DNA from: a virus
IMG/VR virus record: IMGVR_UViG_3300045988_159816
DNA length: 64,000 nucleotides
Strand: one strand, 5' to 3'
Shown here piece after piece: positions 58,994 to 64,000 of this stretch. Each line of letters opens with the position of its first letter. Position 1 is the first letter of the stretch. The notes below the pieces were generated by a model that saw only the letters and a list, made by a program, of their open reading frames with translations, was not told where the DNA came from and did no database searches. A program made the position numbers and the translations under genes.

Positions 58994-59294
58994 TTTGCAA
59001 GAAAGAAGAATCGCTAAAAAATTACAAGGTAAAAAGCAATTAAACAGTGGGGCGACTATGTTTGCTAAAGGCGATGTAGTTACCGATAATTTTTTAGTGG
59101 AGTGTAAAACCAAAATTAAAGATTCAAAGTCTATTTCAATTCAGAAAGAGTGGATTGAAAAATTAAAAGAAGAGTGTTTTGCAATGCGAAAACCTTATTG
59201 GGCTATATCCTTTAGTTTTGGGGATAATGAAGATTATTTCATTATCAATGAAAAATTATTTAAACAATTAATGGAGGCTTGCAATAATGAGTAA
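58971..59294 (+). CDS. small PD-(D/E)XK-like nuclease (putative)
   Basis: GDVVTD...VECKT. Confidence 0.4.
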   Translation: MNTRKYSNLQERRIAKKLQGKKQLNSGATMFAKGDVVTDNFLVECKTKIKDSKSISIQKEWIEKLKEECFAMRKPYWAISFSFGDNEDYFIINEKLFKQLMEACNNE

Positions 59295-59730
59295 AAAAGA
59301 TATGGATAATTATATTAAAGATGTGCAGGAAGGCGGTATCATTGATCCTGGTCATGTAAGAGAAATGAATATGTTGGCATATTTAGGAACTCTGCCTGAA
59401 TTTGATGAATTATTAGGTGGTATGAGTAGTGAAAATGAATTATCTATGCAAATAGTACAAGCTGAAGATGAATTTAGTACAAATGTACATATTAATGGAT
59501 ATGATTATCCTTTAGCTTATCTTGGAGTTTTAGGTGTAGTTACAGCAGCTAAAGCACGTGATATAGACCCGATTGTTATGTTTACAGCTTGTTATTATAA
59601 ATGGCTTAAAGATGGCAATCTTAAAAGATTAGGAAAATTTAGAACAAAAAGTCCGAATGAGGGCGCTGTTAAAGAAATGATAGACTTTATGGATTTGATG
59701 TATTCTTTACAAAAAGAAAGAGGAAAATAA
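59287..59730 (+). CDS. hypothetical protein
   Basis: ORF. Confidence 0.5.
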   Translation: MSKKDMDNYIKDVQEGGIIDPGHVREMNMLAYLGTLPEFDELLGGMSSENELSMQIVQAEDEFSTNVHINGYDYPLAYLGVLGVVTAAKARDIDPIVMFTACYYKWLKDGNLKRLGKFRTKSPNEGAVKEMIDFMDLMYSLQKERGK

Positions 59731-59733
59731 AAG

Positions 59734-60750
59734 ATGATTTCACTCGCTGTTAAATATAGACCAACAAAATTTGATGACGTTGTTTCTCAAGATAGTATTA
59801 AAGCTATTTTACAACAACAAATTGAGAGCAAAAATCATAAAAATTGTTACTTATTTACTGGCGGTGCTGGCACAGGTAAAACAACCTGTGCTCGCATTTT
59901 TGCCAATGCTCTTAATGCTGGCAAAGGAAATGCCATTGAAATTGACGCGGCTTCAAATAATGGTGTAGAAAATGTTCGTGGCATTATCGAAGATTCTAAA
60001 CATAAATCTTTAGATAGTGAATTTAAAGTTTATATACTTGACGAAGTTCATATGTTAAGTACAGGTGCATGGAATGCAATGCTTAAATTATTAGAAGAAC
60101 CGCCATTGAAAACAATTTTCTTAATGTGTACTACAGACCCACAGAAAATCCCTGCAACAATTTTGAGTCGTGTTCAAAGATTTGATTTTCATAGAATACC
60201 AACCGATCAGATAGTTCAAAGACTTGATGATATATTGGTTATGGAATTAGAAGAATCTGCAATAGATTGCGAATGGGAAATGGACGCTTTGGAATATATT
60301 GCTAAAATTGCAGATGGTGGTATGCGTGATGCAATTACATTATTAGATAAATGTTTATCTTATGATTCTACAGAACTAACAATGCAAACAGTTATTACTG
60401 CTTTGGGTGTTATGGATTATTCAGAATTATTTAGTTTATTTAAGGATATTTATCATGCAGAAGATGCGAATATCATTCGTAGTATTGAAGATACTTATAT
60501 GAACGGTAAGGATTTAAAGCAATTTACAAGACAATTCTTCTTCTTTGTGCTTGAGCTTGTTAAGTATAATGTTGTTAAAGATTTCAAATATGTATCAATT
60601 CCTAATACTTATGCTGACCAGTGTAGTTTATCTGCTGGGGAACAAGAGTTCGCAATGAGGTTAATTATTAAATTACAGGAACTTGTAAATGTGATTAAAT
60701 GGGAACAAAATCCAAAACCGTTTATTATTGCAAGGTTGTTGACGATATGA
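59734..60750 (+). CDS. clamp loader AAA+ ATPase subunit (DnaX/gp44-like)
   Basis: GGAGTGKTT, DEVH and an SRVQRF sensor. Confidence 0.8.
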   Translation: MISLAVKYRPTKFDDVVSQDSIKAILQQQIESKNHKNCYLFTGGAGTGKTTCARIFANALNAGKGNAIEIDAASNNGVENVRGIIEDSKHKSLDSEFKVYILDEVHMLSTGAWNAMLKLLEEPPLKTIFLMCTTDPQKIPATILSRVQRFDFHRIPTDQIVQRLDDILVMELEESAIDCEWEMDALEYIAKIADGGMRDAITLLDKCLSYDSTELTMQTVITALGVMDYSELFSLFKDIYHAEDANIIRSIEDTYMNGKDLKQFTRQFFFFVLELVKYNVVKDFKYVSIPNTYADQCSLSAGEQEFAMRLIIKLQELVNVIKWEQNPKPFIIARLLTI

Positions 60751-61580
60751 TGCAGGAAAAATTAAAGAACCAACTTGATCAAATGAATATAGCAAGGTTT
60801 ACGATTGTTGTTGGAGATAGTGCAATGGGCTGTGAAGAAATTGCAAAGTGTATTGCAACAAGATGTAATGCGACTTTTGTAGATTGTGGCATTAAAGTTG
60901 ATGATGTTCGCAATATTATTTCTATGGCATATAAGCAAAGCAGCCCGATTGCATATGTTTTTAAGAATAGTGATTTAATGAGTCCAGCCGCAAAAAATGC
61001 TTTATTAAAAGTTATAGAAGAACCTCCAAGACAGGCATATTTTATAATGATTTTAAAAGATAAAGCAAATACTTTAGCTACAATTTTAAGCAGAGGTATG
61101 GTTATTACTTTAAATCCATACACAGCAAAAGAGTTAAGGCAGTATGCCCTGCGTAAGAACAAAACTTTAAACAAAACACAGTTAAATTACATTGAAAATA
61201 CCTGTACAACTCCGGAACAGGTAAATTTGTTATTATCCTATGGCATAGAGGAATTTTATGAGTTCGTTGAGAATGTCGTGGATTACCTTCCTGAAGTAAC
61301 GATAACTAATAGTTTAAAAATTGCAGGGCGATTAAACTTAAAAGATAAGGAAGAAGAACAGGATAAATATGATGTAGGTTTGTTTTTAAATACTTATACG
61401 AATCTTGTTTTGGATAAATTTCTTGATGGTATTTACGATGAAGAACAAATCGAATTAATTATGAATAGTCTTTTAACGATTAAATCGAGATTGAGAGTAG
61501 TTGGAATAAATAAATCTTCTTTAGTTAAGCAATGGTTAATGCGTCAATGGGAAATAGTTGGGGGTGAGGATATTGCATGA
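60747..61580 (+). CDS. clamp loader subunit (delta-prime-like)
   Basis: AAA+-like with degenerate motifs, coupled to the ATPase subunit. Confidence 0.5.
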   Translation: MMQEKLKNQLDQMNIARFTIVVGDSAMGCEEIAKCIATRCNATFVDCGIKVDDVRNIISMAYKQSSPIAYVFKNSDLMSPAAKNALLKVIEEPPRQAYFIMILKDKANTLATILSRGMVITLNPYTAKELRQYALRKNKTLNKTQLNYIENTCTTPEQVNLLLSYGIEEFYEFVENVVDYLPEVTITNSLKIAGRLNLKDKEEEQDKYDVGLFLNTYTNLVLDKFLDGIYDEEQIELIMNSLLTIKSRLRVVGINKSSLVKQWLMRQWEIVGGEDIA

Positions 61581-61830
61581 TTGGTTAAATGAGATTGAAA
61601 TTGGTACGAAATTATATGTAGGCGCACAGTATAAAAATCGGGTATTATATCGAACAGGTGAATATGCGGGTAGTGAAAATAATATTTTAAAGTTAGCAAC
61701 TACTCGAAAATATCGTCATAAATTAGCTAATTTAACATGGGAAATTCCCTTAGATATAGTTCGTTTATGTAAGATAATGGACACCAATGAAACGGTTTAT
61801 GCAGATCCGGATAGATATGCGCAAAAGTAA
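61558..61830 (+). CDS. hypothetical protein
   Basis: ORF. Confidence 0.45.
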   Translation: MGVRILHDWLNEIEIGTKLYVGAQYKNRVLYRTGEYAGSENNILKLATTRKYRHKLANLTWEIPLDIVRLCKIMDTNETVYADPDRYAQK

Positions 61831-62026
61831 AATTTATGAATTATATAAAAAGATAATCAAAAAAGAAATTCGTGTTTGCAAGTGTGGCAAATTTACGCAC
61901 TTGCAAATTATTGAAATTGATGGTATTAAATATAGACAGTATATCTGTTCAAAATGTGGTACAATATATCAGAAGAGGTGGAGTAATGAACATCGCCGAA
62001 TTAAAAAAAGATATGAAAGCAAATAA
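61817..62026 (+). CDS. small zinc-ribbon protein
   Basis: CKCG...CSKCG. Confidence 0.35.
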   Translation: MRKSKIYELYKKIIKKEIRVCKCGKFTHLQIIEIDGIKYRQYICSKCGTIYQKRWSNEHRRIKKRYESK

Positions 62027-63023
62027 TTTAGCAGGTTTATATATATTTACTGGAGAAGAAATTTATATTCGCAATCTTTATATTGAGCAAATAGTTGATT
62101 TAGGGTTTATCTGGAAAGAATTGCCAAATGTAGCCGAATTATTTAAGTCTGTAGGTACAACTAAATTAATACAAAAGCCAACCTTGTATGTTATTAGAGA
62201 TGATATGGACTTTATTAAACAGGATTCTACAGTTTGGGATAAATTGGTGGCATGGGTAAATAACTCTGTAAATAAAGTAATACTCATTTACAACAATATA
62301 GACAAACGTAATAAATTTTTCAAAACTTTTGAAGAAAACACTGTTAAATTTGAAAAATTATCCGAAACGGTTTTATTAAAATATGTGCAAAAAGAAGCAG
62401 ATATTTCCAGGGAAAACGCACTGGATTTAATTCATAGATGTGATTCTAATTTTAACTTATGCCTGCTCGAGCTAAATAAAGTTATTATGTTTTCGTTAAG
62501 TAATAATATTAGTATTGACGAAGCATATAGAAAGTGCTGTGCCGATCGTATTGTGTTAGACTTACCTAAAGAAAGCCTTGAAAAATATATTACTGCGGTT
62601 ATGAATAAAGATTTTTCTTTAGCTATTGAAATTAGTAATGATTTTGATTTTACAGAAGAACCTCCATTAAAAATATTAGCCTTTTTGTATAATTCATTCG
62701 AAGCGTTGTTTGCTGTAGTAGCATATGAGTCCGGTTTGAGTTTGAAAAAAAATGAGTCCGGTGCAAATTTTTGGGCTGTAAAAAATGCTGAAATTTTTGG
62801 GATGAAATGGCAAATTAAACAAGTGCGTGATATGATGGATTTCATTCAATTTTTAGAAAGTGGAATAAAGATGGGCATGGTATCTGCAGATGCAGCTATA
62901 CCAATGTTATCCGCTACATTCATCGCTTTACAAAATAATTTTAAATTTTGTACAAGATATAAAGATGAAATAAAAGAGCGTAATCGTAAGCTTGTAAAAC
63001 AAAATCTTAAAATTGCAAAATAA
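61986..63023 (+). CDS. clamp loader delta-like subunit (HolA-like)
   Basis: N-terminus LYIFTGEE resembles the start of HolA. Confidence 0.5.
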   Translation: MNIAELKKDMKANNLAGLYIFTGEEIYIRNLYIEQIVDLGFIWKELPNVAELFKSVGTTKLIQKPTLYVIRDDMDFIKQDSTVWDKLVAWVNNSVNKVILIYNNIDKRNKFFKTFEENTVKFEKLSETVLLKYVQKEADISRENALDLIHRCDSNFNLCLLELNKVIMFSLSNNISIDEAYRKCCADRIVLDLPKESLEKYITAVMNKDFSLAIEISNDFDFTEEPPLKILAFLYNSFEALFAVVAYESGLSLKKNESGANFWAVKNAEIFGMKWQIKQVRDMMDFIQFLESGIKMGMVSADAAIPMLSATFIALQNNFKFCTRYKDEIKERNRKLVKQNLKIAK

Positions 63024-63027
63024 AAAA

Positions 63028-63097
63028 AGCAGCATTTACCTATGCACAAGGGGCAGCATCACGATTAAGGGCAGCATTTGATTTTTGGGGGCAGCAT
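63028..63097. repeat. four direct copies of GGGCAGCAT at 18-20-bp spacing
   Basis: agcagcat, ggggcagcat, gggcagcat and gggggcagcat. The last copy abuts the ATG at 63099. Confidence 0.65.
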
Positions 63098-63098
63098 T

Positions 63099-63287
63099 AT
63101 GTTTAAAAATATTACACACTGTTTACGGTGTGGTAAACTATTAAAAGATAGTATTTCAAGACAGAGAGGATACGGTGCTGAATGTTGGAAAATTGTATGT
63201 AGGAATCGTTCCTTGAAACATCATAATTTAATTGAGATTGGAGAACAAAATGCAAATAGTATCAAAAAAGACATTAAAAGAACTTGA
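63099..63287 (+). CDS. small zinc-ribbon protein
   Basis: CLRCG...CWKIVC. Confidence 0.4.
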   Translation: MFKNITHCLRCGKLLKDSISRQRGYGAECWKIVCRNRSLKHHNLIEIGEQNANSIKKDIKRT

Positions 63288-63582
63288 AAATATTATTATT
63301 AGAAATAATAAGGCTCCTAATAATACGAATGTACTAGCAAATTTGACTTATAAGTGTGTAGATGATTTAAAGAATTATTGTTTACAAAATAGTGATTTGC
63401 ATTATAGGTTTTTAACGAATGTACTTTTAACTGACTTTGCCAAAAACAGGGAAGAAAAAATACAAGAGTTTGCAATAGCGAACCAAATAAGCGAAAGCCA
63501 TGTGTACGTTATACGCCGGGAAATAATATTAAGGTTTTTAGTTACCATGCAAAATTGCAAGGCGTATAAATTAAACGAATAA
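63250..63582 (+). CDS. hypothetical protein
   Basis: ORF. Confidence 0.45.
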   Translation: MQIVSKKTLKELENIIIRNNKAPNNTNVLANLTYKCVDDLKNYCLQNSDLHYRFLTNVLLTDFAKNREEKIQEFAIANQISESHVYVIRREIILRFLVTMQNCKAYKLNE

Positions 63583-63587
63583 AATGG

Positions 63588-63616
63588 TTGACATTGCTTT
63601 AAAGTTGTGTTATAAT
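63588..63616 (+). promoter_or_regulatory. promoter (TTGACA-17-TGTgTTATAAT)
   Basis: Same module as the promoters at 754 and 1382, followed by an AAGGGGG RBS. Confidence 0.6.
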
Positions 63617-63642
63617 GTAGTTAAATAAAGGGGGTATTTAAA

Positions 63643-63864
63643 ATGAAAAAGTTTTCAATTATATTATTTTTAGTGGTATGCAGTTTTTTAATGACTCGAC
63701 CAGTCGATGAACCTACAGTATATAAACCTGCACCACGAGTTATAATGCAAAACGAAACACATGAGTTTTTAGAAGACCCTGTAACTAAAACCGTTTACAA
63801 ACGTAACAAGGTAACTGGCGAAGTAGTCGATTTACAAAAAACAAAACAAAAATTAATGAAATAG
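63643..63864 (+). CDS. small secreted or lipoprotein-like protein
   Basis: N-terminal signal peptide MKKFSIILFLVVCSF. Confidence 0.5.
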   Translation: MKKFSIILFLVVCSFLMTRPVDEPTVYKPAPRVIMQNETHEFLEDPVTKTVYKRNKVTGEVVDLQKTKQKLMK

Positions 63865-63891
63865 CCTGCATTTTGCAGGTTATTTTTTTTT
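63865..63891 (+). terminator. rho-independent terminator
   Basis: cctgcattttgcagg followed by a T10 run. Confidence 0.75.
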
Positions 63892-64000
63892 GCTATTTTT
63901 GCAGAATACCCTTTAAACCTTCATATTTTAGTTTTAACGGCTTTTTTGCTTTACAGGTATAAATATATGCGTTGTTGCTAAAAAATTAAATACAGGGCAA

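Noticed and set aside
1-64000. Search for an integrase, repressor or invertase, and for tRNA genes
   Set aside because: No ORF shows tyrosine or serine recombinase motifs, a CI-like HTH-peptidase architecture, or a tRNA-like T-loop or cloverleaf. The lysogeny status and the source of the invertase are therefore left open rather than asserted.

Overview
The window reads as most or all of a tailed dsDNA phage genome with a contractile tail, low GC (about 35%) and Firmicute-style AGGAGG ribosome-binding sites. From left to right it contains:

- 1-3900: an accessory region of small genes, each with its own promoter and terminator, followed by about 1 kb of purine-rich non-coding DNA and an array of direct repeats.
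- 3900-8950: an early operon of small proteins, including a dUTPase and a divergent ThyX-like protein.
- 8940-27400: packaging, head and PBSX-like contractile tail genes, driven by a promoter that is immediately followed by a terminator hairpin.
- 26.4-34.8 kb: a locus of four tail-fiber genes, three of which carry a tail-collar domain.
- 34.8-37.3 kb: the lysis cassette.
- 37.3-39.7 kb: a terminator-bounded cargo cluster of proteins with strongly biased composition.
- 39.7-63.6 kb: a replication, nucleotide-metabolism and recombination module.
- 63.6-64.0 kb: a further small accessory gene with its own promoter and terminator.

The most interesting part is the tail-fiber locus, which carries two separate host-range diversification devices side by side:

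- A complete diversity-generating retroelement (DGR). The variable repeat at the 3' end of the tail-fiber gene 29410..31245 differs from the downstream template repeat at 20 positions, and every one of them is an adenine in the template. The associated reverse transcriptase carries the DGR-type IGxxxSQ and YCDD motifs.
- A Mu G-segment-like invertible module in the neighbouring tail-fiber gene. Perfect 34-bp inverted repeats flank about 509 bp that encode, in opposite orientation, two alternative in-frame C-termini. No recombinase is visible in the window.

Other notable content:

- The replication module includes an SNF2 helicase, a DnaC-like loader, a DnaB helicase, a primase, a family-A DNA polymerase, and the phage's own sliding clamp with clamp-loader subunits.
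- A DpdA-QueC-QueD-QueE-FolE cluster predicts 7-deazaguanine modification of the phage DNA.
- Two long overlapping ORFs in the lysis cassette resemble a spanin arrangement, which would imply a host with an outer membrane.
- Several repeat or iteron families and 5'-leader structures are not explained by the coding features.

All coordinates read off the sequence may be off by a few bases.
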